From positions 62,001 to 96,851 of the forward strand of contig KE561200.1 in assembly GCA_000442015.1 (NCBI GenBank): 34,851 bases of DNA, given 5' to 3'. The notes below the pieces were generated by a model, which worked only from the letters and a program-made list of their open reading frames with translations, was not told the origin of the DNA and made no database searches. Below are positions 11,126 to 22,981 of this stretch, piece by piece (position 1 is the first letter of the stretch; each line of letters begins with the position of its first letter). A program made the translations under genes and the position numbers. Origin of the DNA: Rozella allomycis CSF55 (taxonomy: Eukaryota).

Positions 11126-13020
11126 CTAAACAAGTTCTGCATCTTCCAAGTATCGATATTCAAATGTGAATTCACTCTTCCTCCTTTGACACCACGATCC
11201 TTCATAGTCAAAATAAATATAAGTTCCTTGCTCATATTCATCTGTAATCAATTTAGGCTCATCGTGTCGCTGGAACCACGTTAGATATTTCTTATGAAAC
11301 CTCCAACTTTGTCTCTTCAATTCTTTCGCAGCCAAATACCTCCTTTCATCCCCACCAATTACTTACTGTTGATATGTCCTCTGCTGATAATAGAATATAA
11401 AAAATAATGTATCATTTTCAAATTTCTCATAAAGAACCGGATTCTCAAAAATTGGTAGTGGCTGAGTAGGATAATATGGCGGGGTGTTTACAGGATTCTT
11501 TGGCGAATAATTCAAACTTCTATTCATTCAATAATCAAAATTATTACTTTTCAGAATCTACAACGTCTGGAATGTTTTGAAACGATGAATCTACCAGATT
11601 CTGCATCATCGAAAAATCATTCTTTGCTACAAATAATAAACAGTCAACTTTGTTACGTTTCATTCTATTTGATGTTGACATGTAATCAGTCAACAAAGAA
11701 AATGAAAGATTCAAATTCTCACCGTCAGCATCCGAGCCTCTACTCAAAATATTTACAGGTGTTTGCGCTCGCTTTAAATTGGCTTGAATATCATGAGACA
11801 TTAAATGGCTTTCTGTAAGTTTCGAACTATTCGAATCTGGAATCGATGTTGACTCTGAAATTGACGGAGATCCTTCATCTTTCTTTTCAACACGCGGTAC
11901 AATTCCTTTCACTCAATTGATTATTCATTACCCTTGATCTTTGTTGTTGGCGATGGGGTAACTAGTGATGGTGGAAGTTGCTTGTTCCACACTTTATTGG
12001 TTTCATTTGAATTCGACTCTGTTTTCGAACTGATCATGGCAGAATAAGGCACATTCGGTTTGGGTGGTGGCGGAGCAGGCACCGGCGTTGGGGTCAACGT
12101 CTGTTTTATAAGCACCGGAGGATTCGATTCTATTTATCAATATCAAATATTTTTACTCTTTCTTATAATTGGCTCTTTAGGTTTCAAACTACTGGAATTG
12201 TTCAAAGGAGTTTTGCTTGGTTCAACTTCTACAGGCTTCTTCTTGATTTCAGGCTCATCGTCATCCTCATTTAGTTCATCCTCGTCTTCCATATTTAGCT
12301 CTTCATACATTTCTTCATCTTCATCGAAATCAGGCTCTTCATTGTTTTCAAGGTAATATTCAACGCTGTCTTTAATACCAGAAACCTGCTCATTGGTCAA
12401 AATGTCATTCTCCAAGTTTCTCAAAACATGCTCCAACTTGGCTTGATGGAACTTATATCTTTCCACTTTAGCCTCCAACTCTTTCCTCTTTTCAAGTTCA
12501 CTCTTTTTCTGCTTTTTTAGTAACAATGCTTCTATTTCCGCCTCCTTGGCATCTATTTGCGTATTAAGCCGATCAACACACCCATTAATCCACGAACACA
12601 AATCCGACTTTTCTTTTTCCCTGGGATCTATTTTAACAGCTGCGTTCAGTCCTTCTTTCGAATACGCTTTGGTTTTCATTTCGCGCTCGCAAGCCTTATT
12701 TCCATGTTTAAATTACCTTACTTTGAATTTCTCCATCATAGTTTCAATTGTTCGCCTAGATTCCAGTAAACTAGTCTTGTCTTTAATCTCGGTTCCCGCA
12801 ATCCATGTTTTAATTTGATCTCTTAGTCGCTGCAGCTTTTTAATTTCTCGCTTTAAATCATTCTCAAACTTTTCTTTCTGATTTGATGTCGTAGCCGCAT
12901 AAAGTTTATCAAATATTTCTTCAAAAACCGCTATCCCTTCAGTAACTTTTTTTAACGTTTTATCTATTTCGCCTGTCTTATACACCATAAATTTATACTC
13001 TGGAGCTTTCTCGTTGTCAT
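11126..13020 (-). CDS. NOT3: CCR4-NOT complex subunit Not3/Not5 (CNOT3); about 7 introns
   Basis: [50 protein letters not shown], and NOT-box [23 protein letters not shown]...[13 protein letters not shown]. Confidence 0.95.
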
Positions 13021-13099
13021 CTAAAACGTGGAAATTTACAAGAAAAGGTGCGCCGTTCGCAAAGCAAAGCAAATATTTAAAAACAAAATTTTATTGCTA

Positions 13100-13961
13100 T
13101 TACAAATACAATAACTGGACTTTGGGATATGATAACATTAATATTGACCTCCAAAGTAACCTAGATAAGAAACCTGCTGCAAGCACACCATATGCATTGA
13201 ATATATTCACATTTAAGAATGCTTTGATAGTAACCCTTGATTTAATTACCAGATAATGCTTCCGCATTAGATGTTAATACAAATACATTTATCAATGCAA
13301 AATAGTCAAGAGAGTTGTAATCCCAGATAACCATCAAGAGAACAATCAATTTAAAAAAGGAAGATATGATTAAAGATATGGAAATATAATTGTATCTATA
13401 TGGCAATATCATACGTTTTACTTGACAATAATAGTTTGAGACCATTTCATTGTTACAAGACACCAGACAGCGGCCAAAACACCCAAATGAAATACAAGAA
13501 CATCTAAAATTAGAATAACATATTTATATTACCGATTGTTGATATGACAAAAAGATAGATGTATTTAAAAATGAAGCTTGAGGTTTGAAAATCGACAATA
13601 AACCATTTAATATCTCTATTACAAAGCATTATAATGTACAAACATCAAATAGTATCAAAAGCGTCCCTATACGAAAAACAATGCTTTGAAATCCCTTGTC
13701 GACGTATTCCATTCTATTGAAAAGCAGATGCCTATAGACTTGAGATTTATGCAACACCATTTAAGTACTAAACATTACAATTACCATGTCTATGAATATT
13801 ATTATAAATTCCAACTCCACATATGGATCTGCAATAACCCTGCATTTTTCCTCATTGACAAAAATGCATAAACTTACACAAGGAGACAGCCTAATATTTC
13901 CTTTTGAATATTCTGTATATAAACTATTAACTGAATGACCGCATTGCACGCAAATGGGCAT
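13100..13961 (-). CDS. ARV1: Sterol homeostasis / GPI-related ER membrane protein Arv1; about 6 introns
   Basis: MPICVQCG...NIRLSPC/EKC..ADPYVE zinc-binding Arv1 homology domain, IDM/VLHKSQVYRHLLFN, LFDVYIKW, LLMVIWDY. Confidence 0.9.
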
Positions 13962-13996
13962 TTTTTAAATTTTGGTAAAGAAATTTCATAAAGAGT
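13962..13996. promoter_or_regulatory. 35-bp divergent intergenic region (ARV1/CWC22), putative bidirectional promoter
   Basis: ATGs at 13961(-) and 13997(+), with two AAATTT elements in between. Confidence 0.6.
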
Positions 13997-16355
13997 ATGA
14001 TGGCAGAAGAAACTGTTTCGGTGCCCGTGTTTGATCAAACAAGGTCAGGAGGAGCGTATATTCCACCTGCGAGACTTGCGCAAATGCAGCAAATAGTTAC
14101 TGACAAGAAAAGCGAGGCCTACCAGAGAATGGCATGGGAGGCACTTAAAAAGTAAAGGTAACACTAGTATAATATAGGTCTATAAATGGGTTAATTAACA
14201 AAGTTAATATTTCCAATATAAAGCATATTGTGCCCGAGTTGTTTAGTGAAAATCTCATAAGAGGAAGAGGACTGTTTGCGAGAAGTATGATGAAAGCCCA
14301 GTCTGCTTCTTTACCATTTACAAGAGTATATGCGGCTGTCGTGGCAGTTGTTAATACAAAATTACCGATGGTTGGTGAAGTGTTGCTGAAGAGATTAATA
14401 ATACAGTTTAGAAGGTCATACCGCAGAAATGACAAGGTAATGCTATATAATTTTTGTTAATAGGCTCAATGTTTGGCTGTGACAACGTTTCTTGCTCATT
14501 TAGTCAACCAAAGGGTAGGGCATGATATTATCGCATTGCAAATATTAACGCTGCTATTGGAAAAGCCAACCGATGATTCTGTAGAAATAGCTGTTGGTTT
14601 TATGAGAGAATGTGGTTTGTTTCTGCAGGAATCATCACCTGCAGCAACGAATACCGTTTATGAAAGATTCAGATCAATTTTGCATGAAGCGCAAATAGAC
14701 AAGAGAGTTCAATATATGATTGAAATTCTGTTTCAAGTCAGGAAAGAAAAGTTTAAAGTAAGCAATTTATGAAATTTCAGAAAGGAACATCCTATTGTGA
14801 TTGAAGAGCTTGACTTGGTAGAAGAAGAAGAACAAATAACGCATTTTCTTTCTATAGATGAGGAACTTGATGGACAAGATTCATTAAATATTTTCAAATT
14901 TGATTCTAGCTATCTTGAAAATGAAGAAAAGTATCAAAGAATAAAAGCTGAGATTCTTGGAGAAGATTCAGATGAGGAAGAGGGTTCATCTGATGAGGAA
15001 CAAGAAGAGACTGAAAATGCAAAGGTTGAGATACAGGACAGAACAAGTACTAATTTGGTGAATTTGAGAAAAACCATTTATTTGGTTGTAATGTCGTCTG
15101 TTGACTTTGAAGAATGTGTTCATAAGTTAATAAAGTTGAATATTGCAGAGGGACAAGAGGTATTTAATTTGTGAAATTTCGTAATTTAGATTGAGTTGTG
15201 CAAAATGTTAATTGAATGTAACAGCCAAGAGAGAACATATAATCGTTATTATGGATTGATTGGGGAACGTCTTTGCAAGTTGAATCAAATCTGGATGGAG
15301 CAATTTGATAAATCATTTAGAGAGACAGTAAATTTAGTAAATTTCAGAAATTAGTTTGAAACAATTCATAGATACGAAACCAGTAGAATAAGAAACACTG
15401 GCAGATTTTTTGGACATTTATTTTCAATGGATGCACTTCCGTGGTCAATATTTGAGATTATTCATTTAAATGAAGAAGAAACCACATCCGCTTCTCGTAT
15501 CTTTATAAAGGTATTGTTTCAAGACTTGTGTGAATCTCTTGGATTGAAAAAGCTTAAAGAGAGGCTTTCTGATCCGTAAGTTATAATTTAAAGATTTATT
15601 AAAGATTTATGCAAGAATTTTTCACTGGAATTTTTCCCAAAGAGAATCCAAGAAACACTCGTTTTTCTATCAATTATTTTACTTCTATTGGATTAGGTGG
15701 AATTACTGACGATATGCGTGAGTTTCTCAAGCAGAAAATTCAAGAGCAAGAAAGCAGCGATGAATCTGAAGAAGATTCTTCAGAATATGAAAGTTCCGAT
15801 CAAAGTGATTCTGAATGTGAACCGTCAAGTCCACGCAGAGATCATAATGGTAAGTTAGTTGAAGCAGAGTACAACTATCGCATGCGTTCACCAAGTCCTT
15901 CTCGCAGCCGAGGAAGGTCACCAAGTAGAAGCAGATCACCTGCTAGACGTCACCATGAAAGCAGATCTCGTCACCGTGAAACAGATAGATCTCCAGTCAG
16001 ACGTCATCGTGAGCATGAAAGAAGCAGATCTCGTCATCGACGCACTAGCAGATCCCCTGTAAAACGTCGTGATACAAGCAGATCCCCTGTTAGACGTCAC
16101 CGTGAAACAGATAGATCTCCAGTGAGACGTCACCATGAAAGAAGTAGATCTCGCCATCGTGAGACGAGTAGATCTCCAGTTAGACGTCACCGCGAAAGAA
16201 GCAGATCACCGGTGAGGCGCCGCCATGAAAGTCCATCAAGAGAAAGTAGCAGATCTCCAGCTAGAGAAAAAAGATCACGATCCATAAATCGTCGCTCAAG
16301 AAGCAGAACTCCAAAGCGTTACAATAAAAGAAGCAGATCTCGCTCTCGTCATTGA
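13997..16355 (+). CDS. CWC22: Pre-mRNA splicing factor Cwc22 (MIF4G + MI domains, RS-rich tail); 6 introns
   Basis: [92 protein letters not shown]. Confidence 0.96.
15925..16270 (+). repeat. Coding imperfect tandem repeats encoding [15 protein letters not shown] units in the CWC22 RS domain
   Basis: Recurring agatctccagt-agacgtcac-cgtgaaa units. Confidence 0.85.
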
Positions 16356-16459
16356 ACTCTAAATAAACAATACTTTATTATTGATTAATCTAGTCAAAGA
16401 TATAAATGAAAGAAGTAAACTTTTATTGAGTATTTCCCTCAACCTGAATATCTTCAAAA

Positions 16460-18301
16460 TCAAAAGCTATAAAATTTGACCTTTGCAATCAACTTTTCAT
16501 TAAAGATAAAATTTCCCTGAAGATTTAAATGAGATAAATTTGATGTTTTCATGCTATCAAACAAATGAGTAGCGCCTAAATCGTGGATCTGATTGCATTC
16601 CAAGTCAAGAGCCCTAAGCATGCATGATGGTAATATTTGTGAAAAACGGATAGCTGTTGCATCAGTAAGTAAATTCTTTGACAAGTCAAGAACATGCAAC
16701 CTTTCAATAAGAGTGAACAAAGATTCAATATCCTCATCACACAATCTGTTTCCAGAGAAATCAATTTGTTTCAAAGATATTGGCAAACTTAAAGATGCAA
16801 AAGCATGCTTCAAACTTGGCTTTATTTGAAACTTGTCGTAAAACGATTGTTGTTGAAGTCCAGACACACATAATTCTTCAAGTTGTAAACCTCCTAGATT
16901 GAAAAAGAATGGTTTGATGTCCTGACTTGGCATTCCTTCCATGCAATCAAAAGAAAGTGATTTCAAGAATATTTTATTGCGACTCTTGAATATATTGATA
17001 ATTTGGTTTAAACTTCCTGCTTGAAATGATCTCGCTTGAACAGAAAGTGTTGTTAAATAATTCTTCTTAAATCTCAAGGCTTTTGATAAAGCTACAAAAC
17101 TCGTTTTCCTGATTTCTTTTGTTGCAACGCTCAATGATTGCAAAAAGTAAAGTCTTTTGCCCAACAATTTAAACGCTCTTTCATCAATATCGTAAATTGA
17201 AACAGTAAAGTCCCTTATTCGGCTTTTGTGCAGTCGGTTGAATAAACAGTACAGTCCATTATTAATTTGAGTTGTATTGCAGTACCTTCTATTCAATCCA
17301 ATCGACATTGTTGTGACTTTACACTCTTTAAGTGCTTTTGAAAGATAGATGAGCCATTCGCTGTCAAAATTATTGTCAGATAAATCAAGAGTTGTAACAG
17401 GTAGAGTTCTTATACAATCAACCAATTCAAATGGTAACATGGTCTTAATTCCAGTCAATGATAATACAGAAAGCCTATCTAAACATAAAAATGATGAAAT
17501 ATTGATATTGCAATTAATGTTGCACATTTCTACATTCTTAATACGTCTCGATAACTTTAAAATATCCAAAAGTTCTGTATTTTTGCAATGAGATTTCAAA
17601 TTCCAAAAAACAACTCTCTCCAATTGCTTAAAACAAGGGTCATTAAATTGATACTTTCCACATGGAATATTACCATCCGTAAATGTTACTGATTTCAAAG
17701 TGTCCATTGAACTAAGCGATTCTATAAACTGTTTAAACCCACGGCTTTTTAAAAGTGAGCGCCCAATAACAATTTCTTTGATTGCAGACTTTTTCATCGC
17801 TACTTGAAGCTGACCAATCTCGTCACCACGAAATTCCAAAAGTGAAAAGTCAATGAAAGTTACTCTTGAATTTGGAAGCTCATTTATGATCTCTTTAATC
17901 TTTTTGGAAGATATCGCACGTATTTCTTCCTCTTCGATATCATCGTCAAGTCTGGTAAAGTCAAAATGCAATATGAATCCAAATTTCTCAGGGAGATTTA
18001 ACGGTATAATCTTTTTCGAAAAGTATCTCATGTCTGATGCTACAATACATTTTAGCAAAGAAAGGGCATCTTTGGACCGACTAATGATTCTTGCCTTGAC
18101 TTGTGAAAACTTGGTGTCTTTAAGATTCAAATTTGGAAAGACATCGCTAAACTTTTCAATTTTCAGTTGTCTTTGGAGGTTCAATAACGGCCTGATCATC
18201 GTAAAAAATTTTCGGTTCGTCATTGAAAGGATCAAAAGGTCTGCAGCCTCCAACTGAAAGAAAATGATACGGATTGTTTCACTTGATAATACCGAGAGCA
18301 T
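16460..18301 (-). CDS. Intronless F-box-like plus RNI-type leucine-rich-repeat protein (613 aa)
   Basis: N-terminal LSVLSSETIRIIFFQLEAADLLILSMTNRKF fits the F-box pattern. LRRs include LDLSDNNF, IDFSGNRL, LDLSKNLL, LDLECNQI and LNLQGNFI. Confidence 0.8.
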   Translation of the reverse strand: MLSVLSSETIRIIFFQLEAADLLILSMTNRKFFTMIRPLLNLQRQLKIEKFSDVFPNLNLKDTKFSQVKARIISRSKDALSLLKCIVASDMRYFSKKIIPLNLPEKFGFILHFDFTRLDDDIEEEEIRAISSKKIKEIINELPNSRVTFIDFSLLEFRGDEIGQLQVAMKKSAIKEIVIGRSLLKSRGFKQFIESLSSMDTLKSVTFTDGNIPCGKYQFNDPCFKQLERVVFWNLKSHCKNTELLDILKLSRRIKNVEMCNINCNINISSFLCLDRLSVLSLTGIKTMLPFELVDCIRTLPVTTLDLSDNNFDSEWLIYLSKALKECKVTTMSIGLNRRYCNTTQINNGLYCLFNRLHKSRIRDFTVSIYDIDERAFKLLGKRLYFLQSLSVATKEIRKTSFVALSKALRFKKNYLTTLSVQARSFQAGSLNQIINIFKSRNKIFLKSLSFDCMEGMPSQDIKPFFFNLGGLQLEELCVSGLQQQSFYDKFQIKPSLKHAFASLSLPISLKQIDFSGNRLCDEDIESLFTLIERLHVLDLSKNLLTDATAIRFSQILPSCMLRALDLECNQIHDLGATHLFDSMKTSNLSHLNLQGNFIFNEKLIAKVKFYSF

Positions 18302-18437
18302 AAGAAATTTGTTTGCAAACCTACTGTAAAGGCGCAGTCAATCTGACAGGATGAAGCTTTACAGTTTAAAAAGTCAAAATTAATAACTAATGCAAATTAT
18401 TTAAACAAATTTATATGTATTTATTACAGCTCGTATT

Positions 18438-20106
18438 TTAATTCAATAGAAATTGTTGAGCCTGTTCTTTAGTGCCTTCTGGATTATCCAGTTGCCATTC
18501 AATCATTTTATTCGAGTAAAAAGAAATTTGTGTTTTTTCTATGCCTAGGACATCTATTAATTCATGACCCTATGATTTTCTTCATGTAACTCTTACATTT
18601 AATAATGGTCGCATGTCCCAGCATCCATCCAAGTTAAATAATTCAACGGATCTGAAAATCTCCTTGTTTATTTGCACAATCTCTTGAAAGCTTTTTATGG
18701 AATGTGAAACTTCATGAATAGAAGCCATCAAAAGGCACATAGGCCACAAGGGTCCTACGCTTCTTAAAAATAGACCAACATATTTTCTGGACTTTTGCAC
18801 CGGGAAATTATCCATAAATGATTTGGTATTTAAAAGTCCCGTTACGCATACCTTTAAATTTTTAATGTCTTTATTGGTAGCCTTTAAAGAATGAGTCGCT
18901 ATAAATGAAACTAGAGGAATTTCATTTCTTTTCTTTCCAGATGCGTTATTAACAAAATAGCCATGCAATGGCAATAATCCCAATCCATACATACAAAGGC
19001 GTTGGTCAATTGAATCGATTGATTGTTTAAACGGTTGACTGTCGATAAATCTGAAAGTGAAAATAAATTTATCAAGCGTACTTTTTATAATTTTTAAGAT
19101 ACAAGTCCACAAAACAATCAAATTTTTCTTCTGGGCAATCAACTGCATTGAATGTGTTAGAATCTTCGACTAATGAATCAAGTTTAAGTTCACATCCCCA
19201 TCGAAACACATTGGAACACATTTTTGTTTTGACAATCAAGTTTAAAGAATCAGTCCGATTTTTATGTTTAAACATTTTATCCAGCTCGGTTCGTACTCTT
19301 TCACGGCTCACTTTATCGTGAAACGCTTCGATAACACTCTTATCTTCAACTGCTTCAAAGATTTCTTTTTCTATCGAATAAGAAAATCTAGAGGCGAACC
19401 TTTTTCCATGATAGATAAACAGTTACCTTATTGTTCGTAATATTCTTAATGGATCGTCGAGAAAGGTTTCTTTTGGTGGCAAAGGTGTTCTAATAATTCG
19501 GTTCTTCAAATCTTCTAAACCTCTTTTTGTGAAGTCTTCCACAATCTTTGTGTGAATGTTGAAAAATAATGCATTTATTGTAATATCTCGGCGAAGAGCA
19601 TCTTCCAGAGGTGTACCAAATGTAACATGGGATGGTATTCTTGAATTGTCAGCATATCAACTATAGAAATAAATTAAGGAATTACTTTTCACTTCTCAAG
19701 TTAACAAAATCGATTTGATGTCCAAATAATTTAACAGTTGCTGTTTCCAGATGCTTACTTTTATCTGGATTACTTCCAATAACGCCGATTGAAATATGCG
19801 GCAACTTTAATTCATTCACATAAGAATCAAGCTTTTTGGCAAACTGTTCACCCGTCATGGTATCTAGCGCTACATCAATATCGTCACAAGATATGCCCAG
19901 TAACTTTCTCAAAGTGAAAAGCATCTTACTTTATCACGGACCCAGCCTCCAGCGATTCTACATACTACGTTCAACTTGTAATGTTTGACACAGTTAACAA
20001 GAACTTGACAAATTTGTTCTTCTGTTTTGTTCAAGATTATCATATTTTCAGGCGTCCGTAAGTCTTCGGGGCTTAGTTTGAACTGTGATCTATAAATATT
20101 TGTCAT
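18438..20106 (-). CDS. CCA1: CCA tRNA nucleotidyltransferase (class II); 5 introns; start codon approximate
   Basis: RIAGGWVRDK/LLG..DDIDVALD, NPDKSKHLETA, DFVNLRSE, EDALRRDITINALF, TFLDDPLRILR, VSRERV, EWQLDNP. Confidence 0.94.
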
Positions 20107-20233
20107 TTGATTAAGCGGATCATATGCATTCAAAATTTACAACGAATCAGTGATTCATGATTGAGATTTATTTGTGACAAAAACTGCCCTTTAAGGAAAT
20201 TAAAAAATTTACAGTGCAAGCCATTATCTGTCA

Positions 20234-21377
20234 ATGAACACAAAATATAGGCTAGTAGATCTTTTTGCGCAAGGTTCTTTTCAAGAAGTAATATCTAAGA
20301 AGTTATTTGAAACTTTTCACGAGAAGTTAATACAAGCGGACTCATACTTTTGCTTGGCGGAATACCAAAAGGCAGCTGTAACGATACTACAATAATTTAA
20401 AAGGGCTTATATTTTAAATTAACACGTGAGACCTCTGGAAAGCTTGTCTCATTGACTAGACTGGCGCAAGTAGGACTGCAAATGCCAAAGTTTACGGTGG
20501 AAGATAATGGCAAAGAGATTAGTCTTTTAACATATACTAAGAATATGATGGATCGATTAAATCATAAAAAGTAAATGTCTTCATCGTTCGAGAAAGAAAT
20601 AGTTCAATTATTGATAACAGATTTCATTATTTCAGAGGAAAACTAGAACTTTACAATCATAATTTTGAAGCAGCGCTGCCAGTATTTGAGCATATTTTAC
20701 CAAAAATGGACTCTTGGCTTCCGATAAATATCTTTGCCAATTATTACAAAGGCGTTTGTCATTTGCTAATGGGTAACAAAATTCAATAAAACCAAAAATA
20801 GATAACGATAAAAAATCCATGAAATGTTTTGAAGAGACGATTAGAGAGTATATGACATCAAAAGAAAAAATAGTCAATGATATGCCATTAATTTTCGATG
20901 AGGATATTATTGAATCACATGGACCGTTAAATAACGATCGTAGGATTTTTCGATGTATTAAATTCAGATATTATGGCTGCTAATTGCTTTGTGAATGCAG
21001 TTCTAAATCACTCAGCTTTATCTACCTCTATGGAATTGATAGATTATGATTTCATTATAACTCATTTAAAAGCCATTTTAACAGAAGAATACAGTAACCA
21101 TCTTACCTTTAAGCAGCGCGCCTTCGCGCATTATTTGATAGCAACTCTAATCTCTCGACAGAGTGACTACGAAGATTCCAAGAATCTTGCAAGGTTTCAT
21201 TTTACAAAATCAATGACTTGCGACGCTAAACTGTTAAATTCGGTTAATGCCAATGCAGAATGCGAACGCTTTTTCGCTTTCAATAACTTTCTTAAGACTG
21301 ACTTACTCATGTCAAAACTTTTAAGTCAAAATGCAAGACAAATGCCATTGAAATCATTTAACATTATGATTAATTAA
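20234..21377 (+). CDS. Hypothetical helical-repeat (TPR-like) protein; about 4 introns
   Basis: Exons join in frame through 26-29 nt GT-AG introns. TPR-like segments: ADSYFCLAEYQKAA, YYKGVCHLLM..DKKSMKCFEE, AHYLIATL. Confidence 0.65.
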
Positions 21378-21421
21378 TAAATTAGTTTATTATTGGGCAT
21401 TAGCTTTTAAGATGGGGTTTT

Positions 21422-21658
21422 CTAGGTTTGAGAGGTTGAAGTTGCGCTAATATACAAGACATTATTTCCTCTGACAAAAGCATCGCCATATTTATTTTTC
21501 AATTGTCCGTTCACATATTCTTCAGTGTTTTCCAAAACTAAATTCATGTAGCCGTCTAGGCAAACCAAGATTCCTTTGTAATCGACATTTGAGTTTAGTT
21601 TAACGTGTACTTGTTTACCAATTACAAGTCGCAAAAAATCAGAAGGAGTTTGAGCCAT
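21422..21658 (-). CDS. LSM6: U6 snRNA-associated Sm-like protein Lsm6 (intronless)
   Basis: MAQTPSDFL...VKLNSNVDYKGILVCLDGYMNLVLENTEEYVNGQLKNKYGDAFVRGNNVLYIS. Confidence 0.95.
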   Translation of the reverse strand: MAQTPSDFLRLVIGKQVHVKLNSNVDYKGILVCLDGYMNLVLENTEEYVNGQLKNKYGDAFVRGNNVLYISATSTSQT

Positions 21659-21694
21659 CAAATCCAAAAAGTTCAAACTTTTGGAAAATTCACA
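21659..21694. promoter_or_regulatory. 36-bp divergent intergenic region (LSM6/RAD23), putative bidirectional promoter
   Basis: ATGs at 21658(-) and 21695(+). Contains the inverted repeat TCCAAAAAGTT-CA-AACTTTTGGA and an AAATT element. Confidence 0.6.
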
Positions 21695-22854
21695 ATGAAA
21701 ATCACCCTTCGTACTCTTCAACAAAAGTCTTATCCTTTGGAAGTCGAGCCAGAATCAACTGTTTCTACTTTGAAAACTAAAATTGAGGGAGACTTTGGTC
21801 ATCCTGTAGCTTCTCAAAAATTGATATACTCTGGCCAAATATTGCAAGACGACCGCACTATCGCCAGTTACAATGTCAAAGAGAATGATTTTTTTGTTCT
21901 TATGATTACAAAGGTAAATTTCTTAGAAGCCCTTGTGATAGGCACCTATGAAAGCGCCGGCTGCTGTGTCAACACCATCAACGCCGGTAGCAAGCAATTC
22001 AAGCGTACCCGTGGCAAAAACTTCAAATCCCCCCGAAACATCCGGAAATGTGGCTTCAACTGAAAGTGCTACTGCTGCTGGAAATGCCCCCAGCCAACCC
22101 CATCCAAGTCAAATGTTTGGAGGTAAAAAAATGTATATAGTTACATTTAGTTTCAAGGGAACAATATGAAGCAATGTTGAACAATCTTGTTGAAATGGGT
22201 TTCCCAAAAGAACAAGTTGTTAGTGCATTGAAGGCTAGCTATTTCAATGCTGACAGAGCAGTAGAGTTTTTGATGAACGTAATCTTGTTTTTTAGTTAAA
22301 TAGCAGGGAATTCCTAGTGATGCCGCTGAAAACAACCAGTCACCACCAACTGCAACGAATCCAGTGACACCTGCAGCAACTGGGAATGCAGTCGCACAGG
22401 AAAGTTTGCCTTCAAATCCTAACGCACTGAGTGGAATTTCTTCTGACCCCCAATTACAACAGTTAAGGCAAATTGTTCAATCCAATCCGCAAGTTTTGCA
22501 GCCATTGCTTCAGCAATTAGGAATGAACAATCCCGAATTAATGCAAGTAATAGACCCACCTTTTGTAATAAAGGCAATAAGTGAAAATCCAGAGGCTTTC
22601 TTACAAATGCTTTCCCAGCAAGGTGAAAATATGGAAGAATACGATGAAGGTACTGAGCAGGAAGGCGTTCAATACATTCAAGTTACTCCAGAAGAAGAAG
22701 AAGCCATAAATAGAGTAATAACTCATTTTAAAATTCATTTTAGTTAACGGCACTTGGATTTGACCGTGCCAGAGCAATAGAAGCCTTTTTTGCTTGCGAC
22801 AAAAACGAGACTATGGCTGCCAATTATTTATTTGATAGCATGGATGAGCAATAA
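21695..22854 (+). CDS. RAD23: UV excision repair / proteasome shuttle protein Rad23 (UBL-UBA-XPCB-UBA); 5 introns
   Basis: [13 protein letters not shown] with [13 protein letters not shown]1 EMGF...[13 protein letters not shown]-binding [23 protein letters not shown]2 EAINR/LTALGF...[14 protein letters not shown]. Confidence 0.96.
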
Positions 22855-22981
22855 AGGTCTCTTTTAATTTTATTACTAAGATAGCTTTTAAATTAAACAA
22901 TACATGTCGCAAATGTCGTGTCGTTAGGTCCCCATCGAAATCGAAATGTTTGATAAAATTTATCCTGTCCCTGAAAGTGTA

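Noticed and set aside
15925-16270. Regular repeats resembling a CRISPR array or mobile element
   Set aside because: They are in-frame coding repeats of the CWC22 RS domain, with no unique spacers and a eukaryotic context.
19655-19662. In-frame UGA in CCA1 as a selenocysteine codon
   Set aside because: It would add a residue to a conserved motif at a non-Cys position, and I see no SECIS. The TG acceptor explains it more simply.
22900-22980. Short TGTCG/ATCGAA repeats and a possible snoRNA upstream of tRNA-Thr
   Set aside because: No convincing C/D or H/ACA box arrangement.
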